A DNA stretch of 64,000 bases from Synechococcus sp. (GCA_047284725.1 JBJBEO010000001.1:576001-640000), one strand, 5' to 3'; counted from the first letter of the stretch, positions 1 to 11,064 are shown. Translations and numbers: made by a program. Notes: generated by a model from the sequence alone, not told the origin.

Positions 1-123
1 GGAAACAAGAGACGCCAGCAAGACTCTGTCGCCGGTCCCAATCAAGGTGCGGCTGCGGCGCAACAGGCTGTGCCCTTGGCGGCGACGTTCTTGCAGCAGG
101 GGGATTTGGCTGGTGATGTCCAC
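1..123 (-). CDS. 5' part of a gene running off the left edge, possibly a cyanobacterial response regulator
   Basis: Manual translation from GTG at 123: MDITSQIPLLQERRRQGHSLLRRSRTLIGTGDRVLLASLVS..., open to the window edge and divergent from the 241 gene. The product guess rests on recollection only. Confidence 0.35.
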   Translation of the reverse strand, partial: MDITSQIPLLQERRRQGHSLLRRSRTLIGTGDRVLLASLVS

Positions 124-240
124 GGAGCCCAGGGCAATGGAGGGACCCTCTTCATCCTGGCTTTGTTTGAAGGGCGTGGATCCGCACTGTTAGGGATCGG
201 TTGAATTGGCCAAAATTGGAGGGATCCGAATGCGCAGCTG

Positions 241-567
241 ATGGCGTTCTTTGAATCCGAAATTGTTCAGGAGGAAGCCAAGCGGCTGTTCACCGATTAC
301 CAGCAGCTCATGCAGCTTGGTAGTGACTACGGCAAGTTCGATCGCGAGGGCAAGAAGAAGTTCATTGACACGATGGAAGAGCTCATGGGGCGTTACCGCG
401 TCTTCATGAAACGCTTTGAGCTGTCGGAGGATTTCCAGGCGAAGCTCACCGTGGAGCAACTCCGCACCCAACTGGGCCAGTTCGGCATCACCCCTGAACA
501 GATGTTTGAACAGATGAATCAAACGCTTGAACGCATGAAGAGTCAGTTGGAGCAGTCGCCTTCCTGA
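241..567 (+). CDS. DUF1825 family conserved cyanobacterial protein
   Basis: [17 protein letters not shown]...[13 protein letters not shown]...RFELSEDF sequence; strong coding codon bias. Confidence 0.85.
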   Translation: MAFFESEIVQEEAKRLFTDYQQLMQLGSDYGKFDREGKKKFIDTMEELMGRYRVFMKRFELSEDFQAKLTVEQLRTQLGQFGITPEQMFEQMNQTLERMKSQLEQSPS

Positions 568-637
568 GCAGCTCTCGCTGGCAGGTGGTCGCGCAGGCCC
601 CCGTACGATCCCTTCTTCCCTTGATCGATTGGCTGCC

Positions 638-1885
638 ATGACGCCATCTCCCCATTCCCTGCCGAGTTGGCTGGCACGGGGGATGGCCGATCTCTTTCCA
701 GCAGGCGATTCGACTGATGTGGATCAAGCCCTGGAGGCTCGACTGATTGCAGCGGCCAAGCAAGAACGGCCACTGAGGATCAAGCTCGGCATTGATCCGA
801 CCGGCAGCGACATCCATCTCGGCCACAGCATCCTGTTCCGCAAGTTGCGGGCCTTCCAGGATGCGGGTCACACAGCGGTGTTGATCATCGGCGACTTCAC
901 TGCCCGGATCGGGGATCCCACTGGAAAAAGCGCCACCAGGGTTCAGCTCACCAAAGAGCAGGTGGAAGCCAACGCCACCACGTATCTCCAGCAGCTGGGA
1001 CAGGGCAAGCCCAAAGAGAAGTCACTGCTGGATTTTGAGACACCGGGCCGACTGGAGGTGCGCCGCAACAGCGAGTGGCTGGAGGGACTGAGCCTTCCCG
1101 AGGTGATCGGACTGCTCGGTACGGCCACCGTCGGCCAGATGCTGGCGAAAGATGACTTCTCAAAGCGCTATGGCAGCGGGACGCCGATTGCGCTGCACGA
1201 ATTCCTCTATCCGTTGCTGCAGGGGTACGACTCCGTGGCGGTGGACGCCGATGTGGAACTGGGCGGCACCGATCAGAAATTCAACGTGGCCATGGGCCGT
1301 GATCTGCAGCGCCATTTCGGCCAGCGCACCCAGTTCGGCATGCTGTTGCCCATCCTCGTCGGTCTCGACGGGGTGCAGAAGATGAGCAAGAGCCTCGGCA
1401 ACGTGGTGGGTCTCGAGGAGGATCCGCTTTCGATGTACTCCAAGCTCGAGAAGGTTGGCGATGCGGCCATCGACGACTACCTGACGTTGCTGACCGATCT
1501 GGATCTGGCCTCGTTGCCGGAGAACCCACGCGAGAAGCAGAAGGCGATGGCTCTGGCGGTCACCGCCAGCCGCCACGGTCTTGAGGCGGCCGAGAAAGCC
1601 CAGAGCGATGCCGCCACCCTGGTGGCCGGCAGTGGTGATGCCGGCGCCGATGTGCCCGAGGCCTCCCTGGCTGAGGTCAATTTCCCTGCCAAAGCCTTTT
1701 ATCTGTTCAGTGCCGTGGGGATCTGCGCCAGCAGCAGTGAGGCCCGCCGCCAGATCAAGGGCGGTGCTGCGCGCTTGGAGGGGGAGAAAATCACCGATCC
1801 GAACCAGGAGTTCGCTTCAGCGGCGGAGCTGGAGGGCAAGGTGCTGCAGCTGGGCAAGAAGACCTTCCGGCGGCTCACCGCCTGA
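638..1885 (+). CDS. tyrS: Tyrosine--tRNA ligase
   Basis: [13 protein letters not shown] (HIGH motif), [14 protein letters not shown]-terminal S4-like domain. Confidence 0.97.
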   Translation: MTPSPHSLPSWLARGMADLFPAGDSTDVDQALEARLIAAAKQERPLRIKLGIDPTGSDIHLGHSILFRKLRAFQDAGHTAVLIIGDFTARIGDPTGKSATRVQLTKEQVEANATTYLQQLGQGKPKEKSLLDFETPGRLEVRRNSEWLEGLSLPEVIGLLGTATVGQMLAKDDFSKRYGSGTPIALHEFLYPLLQGYDSVAVDADVELGGTDQKFNVAMGRDLQRHFGQRTQFGMLLPILVGLDGVQKMSKSLGNVVGLEEDPLSMYSKLEKVGDAAIDDYLTLLTDLDLASLPENPREKQKAMALAVTASRHGLEAAEKAQSDAATLVAGSGDAGADVPEASLAEVNFPAKAFYLFSAVGICASSSEARRQIKGGAARLEGEKITDPNQEFASAAELEGKVLQLGKKTFRRLTA

Positions 1886-1896
1886 TCAGTCAGCGT

Positions 1897-1912
1897 TCCC
1901 CCTTTTGGGGGA
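1897..1912 (+). terminator. Hairpin just downstream of tyrS
   Basis: TCCCCC-TTTT-GGGGGA inverted repeat 11 nt after the stop; no clear U-tract. Confidence 0.4.
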
Positions 1913-1963
1913 TCCGCCGAGAGAGAACTGGCGCGATGGTGTGTTCCATCCGAGCCACGAAGA

Positions 1964-2950
1964 ATGCCAGCGTCAGCTCTTGAAACTGAATGCAGATCTG
2001 ATCAGCAGATCGCTGCTGATTTTTTGTCGTATTTGCAAGCGGAATCGTCAGACCGTGTCACTTACGAGCTGGAACCGATGCGCCTGACAGGAGGTATCGA
2101 TGCCCGGTTGTATCGCTACAAGCTGATTGACCAGGAGCCAAGAGTGCTTCGCATTCTGCGACCTGAGCGCAAGGTGGAGGAGCTGATGTATCACCAGCTT
2201 GTGCATCAGACTCTGAACCAGCAGGGACTGAAGGCTCCTGTGATTCATCGTGTCTGTGGAGACCAATCGTTCTTGGGCGGTGTGTTTGCCGTGATGGATC
2301 TGATGCCAGGCCGGCCTTTGGTTGAGCAGAAGCCAGAGGTCTTTGCGTCGGTCTTGGGTGAGTCAATGGCCCGCATGCATGGGCTTGATGTAAGGCCCGT
2401 TGTTGAAGACTTAAGGCGTGCTGGTGTTCCGGATGAGCGGTTTTTAAGCCCTGATGTTCATCAAAAGGGGTTGGAAGTTGCTGAGCAGACGATCTCATGG
2501 GCTGCTGATCTGGTGGGTTGGCTTCGTGATCATTTGCCCTTGAATGGTGAAAATCTTGCTGTGATTCATGGTGACTATCATGGAGGCAATATTATGTTTG
2601 ACAATGGCTCCATTTCAGGGGTGCTGGATTGGGGATTTTTTATTGCTGATCCTGCAATGGATCTGGCGCACACTATGAATGATTGTCTGGTTTTTAGTCG
2701 CCAGATTGATCCGGCAATTTCGATTCATGGTTTGGAGCAGATCATGGATGGGGCTCTACAGGCTTATCAAGTCATCAGGCCCCTGAATCATGAGCACATC
2801 AAGGCCTGTCGTGTTGCTCACCTCTTGAGCTTCTTGGCTCTCGGTGTCGCTGGTGTTGGCCCCGAATTCGTGCGAAAGCCTGAATCGCAGCGCGACTATC
2901 TGACCTTCATCGAGCAAGCAGCCGGTCTCAGGCTGTCGCCCCCAGCCTGA
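1964..2950 (+). CDS. Aminoglycoside phosphotransferase/choline kinase-like (APH) family protein
   Basis: HGDYHGGNI (Brenner-type HGDxxxxN), GVLDWG, and DPAMDLA motifs. Confidence 0.85.
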   Translation: MPASALETECRSDQQIAADFLSYLQAESSDRVTYELEPMRLTGGIDARLYRYKLIDQEPRVLRILRPERKVEELMYHQLVHQTLNQQGLKAPVIHRVCGDQSFLGGVFAVMDLMPGRPLVEQKPEVFASVLGESMARMHGLDVRPVVEDLRRAGVPDERFLSPDVHQKGLEVAEQTISWAADLVGWLRDHLPLNGENLAVIHGDYHGGNIMFDNGSISGVLDWGFFIADPAMDLAHTMNDCLVFSRQIDPAISIHGLEQIMDGALQAYQVIRPLNHEHIKACRVAHLLSFLALGVAGVGPEFVRKPESQRDYLTFIEQAAGLRLSPPA

Positions 2951-3009
2951 ACCTCAGTTGAGATAAATCTATCGTCGCGACAGGATGGGATCTGGATCAC
3001 CCGTTTGCC

Positions 3010-3735
3010 TTGGCTCCGTCGCTCTCCGCTGACCCCGCTGATCGGATCATCGTGGCCCTTGATGGCATGGCGCCAGAGCAGGCGCTGCGCTTTGCCCTCC
3101 AGGTGGAGGGGCTGCGCTGGGTGAAGGTGGGCCTGGAGTTGTTCGTCCAGGCAGGCCCGGAGGTAGTGGCGCAACTGCGCGATCAGGGCCTGCGGGTGTT
3201 CCTCGATCTCAAATTTCACGACATCCCGGCCACGATGGCCGGTGCCTGTCGTCGAGCGGCTGCGCTGGGGGCCGAACTGATCACGGTGCATGCCTGTGCC
3301 GGCCATGCAGCGCTGAAGGCGGCGCAAGCTGCTGCGATGGTGGGTGCGCTGCAGACAGGCCAACCGGTTCCCACCCTGCTGGCGGTGACGGTGCTGACCA
3401 GTTGGGACGAGCAGCGGCTGCAGCATGAACTCGCCCTCAGTCAGGGCATTGCCGAGCGGGTGCCGGCATTGGCCCAGCTCGCCGCTGCGGCCGGGATCGG
3501 CGGTTGTGTGTGCTCTCCCCTGGAGGCCGCGGCACTGCGGGGTCAGCATCCCGAGCCGTTTGCGTTAGTCACGCCAGGGATCCGCCCGAAGGGCGCCGCC
3601 ATCGGCGATCAGGCCAGGGTGATGGGACCGGCGGAAGCCATCAAGGCAGGTGCAAGCAAGCTGGTGATCGGTCGTCCGATCACCAAAGCTCCGGATCCAA
3701 GCGCCGTGTTTGCAGCCTGTTGCGCTGAGCTTTAA
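3010..3735 (+). CDS. pyrF: Orotidine-5'-phosphate decarboxylase
   Basis: [40 protein letters not shown]. Confidence 0.97.
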   Translation: MAPSLSADPADRIIVALDGMAPEQALRFALQVEGLRWVKVGLELFVQAGPEVVAQLRDQGLRVFLDLKFHDIPATMAGACRRAAALGAELITVHACAGHAALKAAQAAAMVGALQTGQPVPTLLAVTVLTSWDEQRLQHELALSQGIAERVPALAQLAAAAGIGGCVCSPLEAAALRGQHPEPFALVTPGIRPKGAAIGDQARVMGPAEAIKAGASKLVIGRPITKAPDPSAVFAACCAEL

Positions 3736-3819
3736 TCGACTGGCTGTCTCCTTGCATGCGTAGAAAGATGGTGCGCATCTAATCCAGAAGTGACTGGTCA
3801 GAGTCCCGTGGCTCGACGC

Positions 3820-4419
3820 TCAGTCCTGTTGGCCCAAGCGTGGCTCGGTCCCGTTCATGATCCGCTGAAGGTTGCTGCGATGGCGCCAGATCACCAAAGC
3901 CATCGCCACCACGGCGACCACGAGCTTGGCGCTGCCTTCACTGCCAGCAGCCATCAACAGAGGCAGGCTGATGGCTGCCACGACACTGGAGAGCGACACG
4001 ATTCGAAAAAGCGTGATCGTGGTCAGAAACACCCCGAAGCAAGCCAGCCCCACAGGCCAAGCCAGCCCCAGGAACAACCCGAACCCTGTGGCGACCGCTT
4101 TGCCGCCCCTGAATCGCAGCCAGATGGGCCAGATGTGACCGGCCAGCGCCGCAAGACCTGCTGCCACCTGGATCCAGTCGCTCCAGGGCTCCCCTTGGCT
4201 GAAGGAGGCGGCCAGCAGCACCGCGGCTGCGCCTTTGGCCACATCGATGACAAACACCACCAGCGCTGCACCCTTGCCCACCTGGCGCAGCACGTTGGTG
4301 GCGCCGGTGGAGCCTGAACCAAGCTCCCGAAGGTCGATACCCTTGCACCAGCGCCCTGCCAGGTAGCCACTGGGAATGGAGCCGAGCAGATAGCCCAGCA
4401 GAAGTGAAATCAGGCTCAT
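3820..4419 (-). CDS. plsY: Glycerol-3-phosphate 1-O-acyltransferase PlsY
   Basis: YLLGSIPSG, GSGSTGATNVLR, GHIWPIWLRFRGGKAVAT, HRSNLQR. Confidence 0.95.
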   Translation of the reverse strand: MSLISLLLGYLLGSIPSGYLAGRWCKGIDLRELGSGSTGATNVLRQVGKGAALVVFVIDVAKGAAAVLLAASFSQGEPWSDWIQVAAGLAALAGHIWPIWLRFRGGKAVATGFGLFLGLAWPVGLACFGVFLTTITLFRIVSLSSVVAAISLPLLMAAGSEGSAKLVVAVVAMALVIWRHRSNLQRIMNGTEPRLGQQD

Positions 4420-5420
4420 CAGAGCAGGTCATCGTCAATCAGCAGTTCATCCGGCTGGGCCGCAAAGGCAAGCCAGAGGGGGAACTGAAGCACAGGAATG
4501 TCCACGCTGCGTTCGGCTGCATCGATCAGGATCAGCGGCACCTCACCGCGTTCCTCCAAACGGTCGGCCCGCTCCACCAGGGCATCTGCTCGATCAAACA
4601 GCACGATGCCGCTGTTGGGGCCGAAATCCTCACGGCCGAGGCCCAGGCAATCCTGGAGTCCCCGGCGCCATTCCCCGAGCCGTTCCGGCTCCCCCGCCAG
4701 CACAAGCGTCTGGAACTGGTCGCCGTAGAGCTCCCCAATCACGGCGATCAGGCCGGCTGCCAGCAGCACATTGCGGGGGCGACTGCCACGGCTGGCCTGG
4801 GCCCCACGGCCTCCCTGATTGAAAAACCAGTCTTCCAGAAGGGTGATGTCTTGTCCATCCAGACTTCGGCGCAGTTTCCAAGGTCCGGCATAGAAGTCAG
4901 GCTGCCCCTGGAAGCCCTCCAGGCAGGAGCGGATCAACGCCTCATCGGGCCTGAAGGTGTCGGCCAAGGCCGGCGGCGGGGGTGCGTCATCACTGGATGC
5001 GTCGCCTGTGGCGGCCTGTTGATCAAGGGGTGAGGGCTTCACCATGACCGGTTGCATCACCAGTTCAAGGTTTTCCACCGATTGGGCCAGATCTTGCAGT
5101 GCACCGCCGAGGTACTCCTGGAATCCTTTCACCCGCCGTGCGATGGCATCGGATTGCCCCGCGAACGACTGCTTCAGCTCCTGTTCGAGTTGCTGTTTGC
5201 GCTGACTGAGTTCCTTGATTTCGGATTCGAGTGCCTGGCGACGCTCCAGCAGTTCTGCTGTGGCGAGGGCCTGCCAGTTGGCGCCGTCTGTGGTTGCTCT
5301 CGTGGCACTCTCCGTGGTGCTTTTGTCTGCGGAGGGAACTGCCTCAGGCTCCGGATTGGTGCCGGGGGTGGAGGTGTCACCGGTCTCGCCGATGCCGTTG
5401 CTCTGGAGTTCGTCAGCCAT
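4419..5420 (-). CDS. DUF3086 domain protein (coiled-coil N-terminus)
   Basis: Coiled coil, then AIARRVKGFQEYL...PDFYAGPWKLRRS...WFFNQGGRGA; sits beside plsY. Start chosen at ATG 5420. Confidence 0.8.
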   Translation of the reverse strand: MADELQSNGIGETGDTSTPGTNPEPEAVPSADKSTTESATRATTDGANWQALATAELLERRQALESEIKELSQRKQQLEQELKQSFAGQSDAIARRVKGFQEYLGGALQDLAQSVENLELVMQPVMVKPSPLDQQAATGDASSDDAPPPPALADTFRPDEALIRSCLEGFQGQPDFYAGPWKLRRSLDGQDITLLEDWFFNQGGRGAQASRGSRPRNVLLAAGLIAVIGELYGDQFQTLVLAGEPERLGEWRRGLQDCLGLGREDFGPNSGIVLFDRADALVERADRLEERGEVPLILIDAAERSVDIPVLQFPLWLAFAAQPDELLIDDDLL

Positions 5421-5850
5421 GGAACGGTTCAGGAGGGTCGCTGTTGGTGCTGGCGTCATGTTCCAGATTGCCAACCCGAGCGCGTAATTGCTCACGCAGC
5501 TCTGTGGCGTTGAACAGCACTGGGATCAGATGGGGGCTTTTGCGCTCGCGGAAATAGAGCACTGTTGGAAAGCCATTCCAGAACAAACGCCAGCTGATCC
5601 AGTAGTCGTAGGGAAAACGCCGGAGTTCCTGATCTCCGCGCCACACGATCAGTGCTTCGGCTTCGAACTCAAGGCGCAGGCTGTAGCTCTGGATCAACAG
5701 GGCCAGGGCGATCAGGCTGTTGATCAGCGTGGTCCATGGATGCAGGGGCAAGGGCAACAGGGCAGGGCCCAGCAACAGGATCAACAGGGGCAGACGTGGG
5801 CTGGGGCTGATCGTGACCGGAGGCTGTCGTGGCGTTGTGGACTCAGGCAT
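5413..5850 (-). CDS. DUF3119 family membrane protein
   Basis: Two TM helices, then LRRFPYDYW..WRLFW...LYFRERKSPHLIPVLF. Confidence 0.8.
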   Translation of the reverse strand: MPESTTPRQPPVTISPSPRLPLLILLLGPALLPLPLHPWTTLINSLIALALLIQSYSLRLEFEAEALIVWRGDQELRRFPYDYWISWRLFWNGFPTVLYFRERKSPHLIPVLFNATELREQLRARVGNLEHDASTNSDPPEPFHG

Positions 5851-5873
5851 GGGCGGGGGCTCTCAACGAAGAA

Positions 5874-6620
5874 TCAGCCGAACAGCAGCTGCGTGAGCAG
5901 CACATCCATCAGGGCCACGGTGACGAGGATCATCACCACCGACCCCGTGGTGCTGGTGCCGACTTCCTTCGGCCCGCCCGATGTGGTGAGGCCCCAGCCG
6001 CATGAGAGTACGGCGATCTGAAGGCCGAACACCAGCGCTTTGATCAACATGAACGGAAGGTCATCGGGCTGCAACCAAGTGCGCACCGAGTTCCAGAACA
6101 CCGCTGGAGGGATGCTGTAGAACCCGGTGCTGGTGAGCTGGCCGCTCCAGATCGCCACCCCGAAGAACAGAAGGCATTGCACCGGTGCCATCACCACCAT
6201 CGCGATCAGGCGGGGAACCACCAGATACTCCACAGGATCCGTCCGCAGCATGGTGATCGCATCAATCTGCTCGGTCACCTTCATGGTGCCGAGTTGGGCG
6301 GCGTAGGCCGTGGCCACCTTGCCGGTGAGCAGCGTTGCGGTGAGCAGTGGGGCGATTTCCCTGGCCAGGCCGATGGCCAGCACGCCACCAACTGTGGAGC
6401 CTGCTCCCATGCTGCTCAGCTCGGCAGCGACTTGAATGTTGAACACCGAGCCTGCTGCCACACCGGTGATCAGCACGATCAGGAAGCTGCCCGGGCCAGC
6501 CTCCATCAGCTGATCAAACAGATCGATGGTGTTGATGCGGCCTCGCGCGGTGGAGGCAACGGCCTGGCCACCGATCAGCAGGCTGCTTCCCAGACGGCGT
6601 AACCAGCGGGGGGCTCTCAT
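5874..6620 (-). CDS. MlaE/TGD1-like lipid ABC transporter permease
   Basis: REIAPLLTA, AQLGTMKVTEQIDAITML...LVVPR, EVGTSTT. Confidence 0.92.
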   Translation of the reverse strand: MRAPRWLRRLGSSLLIGGQAVASTARGRINTIDLFDQLMEAGPGSFLIVLITGVAAGSVFNIQVAAELSSMGAGSTVGGVLAIGLAREIAPLLTATLLTGKVATAYAAQLGTMKVTEQIDAITMLRTDPVEYLVVPRLIAMVVMAPVQCLLFFGVAIWSGQLTSTGFYSIPPAVFWNSVRTWLQPDDLPFMLIKALVFGLQIAVLSCGWGLTTSGGPKEVGTSTTGSVVMILVTVALMDVLLTQLLFG

Positions 6621-6636
6621 CGGCGGGGGCTTGGAT

Positions 6637-7953
6637 TCACGAATGCTGGAGGTGTGCACCTCGATCGGGCCAGCGTTGCATCAACACCAGACCCAGCACC
6701 ACCAGTACAGCTGGAATCAAGCCCATGCACAGTCGAATGGCAAGCAGGGCGGTGGCCGGTTGCTGGATGAAACTCAGGGCGCCATTGCAGGTTTGGCTGG
6801 AGATGTAACCGGTGAGCGACAGCAGTCCGCCAAACACCGACATGCTCAGGCCGATGATCAGTTTCTGACCAAGCACCATCCAGGCGGTGTACAGGCCGGC
6901 GGGGTGAGAGGGGTCGGAATCAATGGCATCCGGCAGCAGTGACCAGGGGATCAGATAAGCGGTGGAGGCGCCTAGGCCCACCATCATGATCAGGCCGATC
7001 AGTGGGGCCAGTGTCAGGCCACTGGCGTCCGGCGCCAGTGGCGAAAACAGCATGGAGAGGATGCACGCGATGATCCAGATGCTGCCGCCCCAGCGCAGGG
7101 CCACCAGGCGACCGCGGCGATTCGAGACGAGGCTCCAGATCTGCAGGCCGACCAGAGCGCTGATCTGGAAGGGAAGCAGAATCCAGGTGGAGAGGCCGGG
7201 GTCGACGTGGATCACCTGCACCAGCCAGATCAGAGCCACCACCTGCATCAACTGCAAGCCGAACCAGAGCAACAGGTAGAGCCCCAGCACCATGAGGAAA
7301 CGGGGGTTGGAGCGGATGCGTTTCAGCTGATGCAGCACCGGCTCGCTAACACCGCTCGGTCGCTGGGCCCGCTTGGCAAACGGGGCCAGGCCCCAGCAGC
7401 AGATCAAGGTGGCAGCGGCGGCAATGGTGCCAGTGATGCGGCCCATCAGCAGATAGCCATCGGATCCGTTGCTCAGGACCAATGCCCCCACCACCAGTCC
7501 GCTCAGCCCGGCCACGATGGACCCCGTGAAGCGCGCCGCATTGAGGCGGGTGCGGATGGCGGTGTCGGGAGTGAGTTCAGTGGACAGCGCCGCATAGGGG
7601 AGGTTGACGCTGGTGTAGGCGGTCATCAACAGGATCGCCATCACCACGTAGTAGATGGTGCGCTGCCAAACACTTCCCTCGGGCACCCACCACATCGCTG
7701 CAAGGCTGATGCCGAGGGGTAGCGATGCGCCAAGCATCCACGGCAGTCGAGGGCCCCAGCGGCTCTGGGTGTGGTCACTCATCCAGCCGATCAGAGGATC
7801 GTTGATGGCGTCCCACACCTTGATCACCGTCAGCAGTGAGCCGGCGATGAAGGCTGGTAGGCCAGCGGCACAGGTGAAGAACGGAAAGAGGTAGAAGCCA
7901 AGTTGGGTGGCTGCCAGGCCGGTACCGGCATCGCCGAAGCCGTAGGCAAGCAT
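6637..7953 (-). CDS. MFS transporter, glycoside-pentoside-hexuronide (MelB-like) family
   Basis: AYGFGDAG, WDAINDPLIGWMSD..SRWGPRLPW, NLPYAALSTELT; about 12 TM helices. The ORF-track N-terminal extension runs over the tRNA and was trimmed. Confidence 0.9.
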   Translation of the reverse strand: MLAYGFGDAGTGLAATQLGFYLFPFFTCAAGLPAFIAGSLLTVIKVWDAINDPLIGWMSDHTQSRWGPRLPWMLGASLPLGISLAAMWWVPEGSVWQRTIYYVVMAILLMTAYTSVNLPYAALSTELTPDTAIRTRLNAARFTGSIVAGLSGLVVGALVLSNGSDGYLLMGRITGTIAAAATLICCWGLAPFAKRAQRPSGVSEPVLHQLKRIRSNPRFLMVLGLYLLLWFGLQLMQVVALIWLVQVIHVDPGLSTWILLPFQISALVGLQIWSLVSNRRGRLVALRWGGSIWIIACILSMLFSPLAPDASGLTLAPLIGLIMMVGLGASTAYLIPWSLLPDAIDSDPSHPAGLYTAWMVLGQKLIIGLSMSVFGGLLSLTGYISSQTCNGALSFIQQPATALLAIRLCMGLIPAVLVVLGLVLMQRWPDRGAHLQHS

Positions 7954-8082
7954 CAAGCGGCGGCGATTACCCCCGGTAAGCGTGTCGGAGCGGGTCAAAC
8001 GGCTGACAGGGGGCGGCGCATGGTCATAATGCACGGGTACTGACGCAACAAGCCCATCGCCGGATGGTTTGTTTGTACTAGT

Positions 8083-8153
<71 letters not shown>

Positions 8154-8232
8154 TTCTGAACGTTCTGTCTGCGGCTTGACGTCGTGGCATCAGGGTGTGG
8201 TTGGAGCAGTGACCGATGCGTCCCTGCTCCCC

Positions 8233-10299
8233 TCAGTTGGGCAGGAGTTCGCTTGCCACCATCACCACCAAGCTGCGGCTCTCCAGCGGAACTCCATTCG
8301 GCGACCAGGGTTCGGGCTGCTCCGGCAGGTCCTCACCTGGGGGCAGGGCTGTATCGATCAGGCGATGCCAGGAGGATGCGGCTTCCGGCAAGTCGAAGTG
8401 CATCGCTTTGAAGTAGCTGTTGAATCCCATCCACACCACGGCACCACGGTTGCCGCGTTGCAGGCTGGTGGCCAGGCAATGGGACCAGCTGGCCCAGTCG
8501 GGCTTGTTGAGTTCCACGCCGTGCCATTGGCGCCAGATCCTGTCGGGTGGGTCACCGCGACGCTGTGGCACTTCGCTGAAGGGTGCCTCAGGGTTGAACA
8601 GATCGGACAAGCGACGTCGGGCCTTGAGAAGTCTCCGCACGAACTGGAAGAGAGTCTGGTCGCACTGATCCGGACGCCAGATCATCCAGCTCAAGGCGCT
8701 GTCTTGGCACCAGGTGTTGTTGTTGCCCCCTTGGCTGCGGCCTACTTCGTCGCCCATCAGCAGCATCGGGACCCCGCGGTTGAGCAGCAGGCTGGACAGC
8801 AGATTGCGTTGTTGGCGGTTGCGCAGGGCCCTGACCGCAGGATCGGTACAGGGGCCCTCGATGCCGTGATTCCAGCTGATGTTGTGGTTCTCGCCGTCGC
8901 GATTGTCTTCGCCATTGGCCAGGTTGTGCTTCTGGTTGAAGCTGACGAGATCAGCCAGGGTGAAGCCGTCATGCGCGGTGATGAAGTTCACCGAGCGATC
9001 CAGTTTCAGAGGCTTGCCTGCATTGATGTCGGGGCTGCCCCGCAGGCGTTGGCCCAGTTTCCAGGTGCTGTTTTCATCCCCTTTCCAGAACCCGCGGAGG
9101 TCATCGCGGAACTTTCCATTCCAGGTGCCGATGCGTTTGGCAGGAAAGTCACTGAGGCGATAGAGCCCGCCACAATCCCATGGCTCGCTCACCAGCTTGA
9201 GATCGCTCAGCAGTGGGTCCGCATCAATTGCTTCGAACAGGGGTGGATGGTCGAGCGGCTTCAGCTTCTCGCCACGGCTGAGGGCAATGCCCAGGTCAAA
9301 GCGGAAACCATCAATGCCCAGCTCGATGGCCCAGCAGCGCATCGACTCAAGAATCAGTTGACGCACTAGGGGCCGGTTGGCAGCAACGCTGTTGCCGCAG
9401 CCGCTCACATCCTGGTAATCCCCTTTGGCGGTCTGGTGGTAGTACAGCTGATCGTCGATGCCGCGCCAGCTCAGGGTCGGTCCCTGCTGGTTGCCTTCGG
9501 TGGTGTGGTTGTAAACGACATCCAGCAGCACCTCGATGTCGGCGTCATGGCACGCTTCCACCAGTTCCCTCATCTGACGGCGGGCTGCCAGGGGATCGTC
9601 CCCCTCGATGAAGCCATGGTGAGGGGCGAACCAACTCAATGGGCTGTAGCCCCAGACGTTGTCGCGCCCGGGCGGTGCATCCTGGGGATCGAAGGCCTGG
9701 ATCGGCAGCAGCTCGATCGCTGTCACTCCCAGTTCTCGCAGGTAGGGGAGTTTGGCGATCACGCCCCGCAGGGTTCCCTGTTGCGATGCTGCGATGCCTG
9801 AGTCACTTCTGCGCGTGAAGCTGCCCACATGCAACTCGTAGATCACGCTGAGGTTCCAGCTGTGGCGAGGTCGCGGGTGGGCGTTGAAGTCAAAGTGGTC
9901 CCGTTCCGAGACCACGGCTTTGAGGCAGGTTTCAGTGTTGGGCGATGCGCCTGTGGCGGCACCGCGTTCGTAGACGTTCCACCCTGTGATCGCACGGGCA
10001 CAGGGATCAAGCAGAACCTTGGCGGGACGGAAGCCATGGCCACCAGGCTTGAGGGGCCCGAAGACGCGGTAGCCGTAGCAACAGCCTTCGCTGAGGCCCT
10101 CCACCTCCACATGCCAGTAATCCCCGGAGCGGTGTGCGCTGTCGAGCTCGATGATCCGTGCGGGCTGGGTCGCATCACCGTGGGGAAAGAGCAGCAGCTC
10201 TACCCGGTTGGCTGAGGGGGCCGCCAGGGAGAAATTCACGCCTCTGGGCGTGATCGAGCTCCCCATGGGCCAGGGGCTGCCGCGGTGGATCGTGGTCAA
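8233..10299 (-). CDS. glgX: Glycogen debranching enzyme/isoamylase (GH13)
   Basis: IYELHVGSFT, WGYSP, DVVYNHT, DGFRFDL, SEPWD, TAHDGFTL, SQGGNNN. Confidence 0.95.
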   Translation of the reverse strand: MTTIHRGSPWPMGSSITPRGVNFSLAAPSANRVELLLFPHGDATQPARIIELDSAHRSGDYWHVEVEGLSEGCCYGYRVFGPLKPGGHGFRPAKVLLDPCARAITGWNVYERGAATGASPNTETCLKAVVSERDHFDFNAHPRPRHSWNLSVIYELHVGSFTRRSDSGIAASQQGTLRGVIAKLPYLRELGVTAIELLPIQAFDPQDAPPGRDNVWGYSPLSWFAPHHGFIEGDDPLAARRQMRELVEACHDADIEVLLDVVYNHTTEGNQQGPTLSWRGIDDQLYYHQTAKGDYQDVSGCGNSVAANRPLVRQLILESMRCWAIELGIDGFRFDLGIALSRGEKLKPLDHPPLFEAIDADPLLSDLKLVSEPWDCGGLYRLSDFPAKRIGTWNGKFRDDLRGFWKGDENSTWKLGQRLRGSPDINAGKPLKLDRSVNFITAHDGFTLADLVSFNQKHNLANGEDNRDGENHNISWNHGIEGPCTDPAVRALRNRQQRNLLSSLLLNRGVPMLLMGDEVGRSQGGNNNTWCQDSALSWMIWRPDQCDQTLFQFVRRLLKARRRLSDLFNPEAPFSEVPQRRGDPPDRIWRQWHGVELNKPDWASWSHCLATSLQRGNRGAVVWMGFNSYFKAMHFDLPEAASSWHRLIDTALPPGEDLPEQPEPWSPNGVPLESRSLVVMVASELLPN

Positions 10300-10383
10300 G
10301 GATCCAGCCCGCGGTTCGCAGGACGCACTGGCTCCAAGTTAGGGAGGTGCGCAAACTGGGGGTTGCGGATCCAGCCACCCCTC

Positions 10384-11064
10384 ATGACCCTGTCTTCAGC
10401 CTTGGAGCCTGGTCGCCCTCCGCAGCAGATTCGTGAGGATCTCTGGCTGTTTCCTCCGAATCGCGATTGCCGTGGAGGATCGTCCTGGTGGCTCGACTGC
10501 GGAGAGGAGCCTGTTTTGATCGACTGCCCTCCCCTGACGGACGCCACGATCGCCGCCTTGACGTCGATGGCGGCTGGTCGTTGTCCGAGGGTGTTGCTCA
10601 CCAATCGCGAGGGGCACGGCCGAATCCGGCGATTGCAGGAGCGCCTGGGCTGGCCGGTGTTGGTGCAGGAGCAGGAGGCGTATCTGCTGCCAGGCGTCGA
10701 TCCCCTCGACATGTTTGGGGAGGAGCACCTGCTGGCTTCGGGTTTGCGATTGCTGTGGACGCCTGGACCGACACCAGGTAGTTGCGCTGTGCATGCACCA
10801 GCCCCTTGGAACGTGTTGTTCTGCGGACGGTTGCTGGTTCCTGTGGCAGTGGGAGTTTTGGCTGGATTGCAGCATCGACGCACATTTCACTGGCCGCGGC
10901 AGCAGCGCAGCCTCCAACGTCTACGGGATTGGGTTGGGGAAGACCCATTGCTGTCACTGGCGTCTGGAGCTGGTCTCGGTGCTCTTCGTGGGGAACGCCT
11001 GCCGACATTGAGCGCCTGGCGTGTTGCGTCGGGTTTAGAAGCAACTCACACGAGCCTCACGTAA
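10384..11064 (+). CDS. MBL-fold metallo-hydrolase-like protein (degenerate metal motif)
   Basis: LWLFPPNRDCRGGSSW, VLIDCP, LLTNREGHG, WTPGPTPGS, LFCGRLL. Confidence 0.75.
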   Translation: MTLSSALEPGRPPQQIREDLWLFPPNRDCRGGSSWWLDCGEEPVLIDCPPLTDATIAALTSMAAGRCPRVLLTNREGHGRIRRLQERLGWPVLVQEQEAYLLPGVDPLDMFGEEHLLASGLRLLWTPGPTPGSCAVHAPAPWNVLFCGRLLVPVAVGVLAGLQHRRTFHWPRQQRSLQRLRDWVGEDPLLSLASGAGLGALRGERLPTLSAWRVASGLEATHTSLT

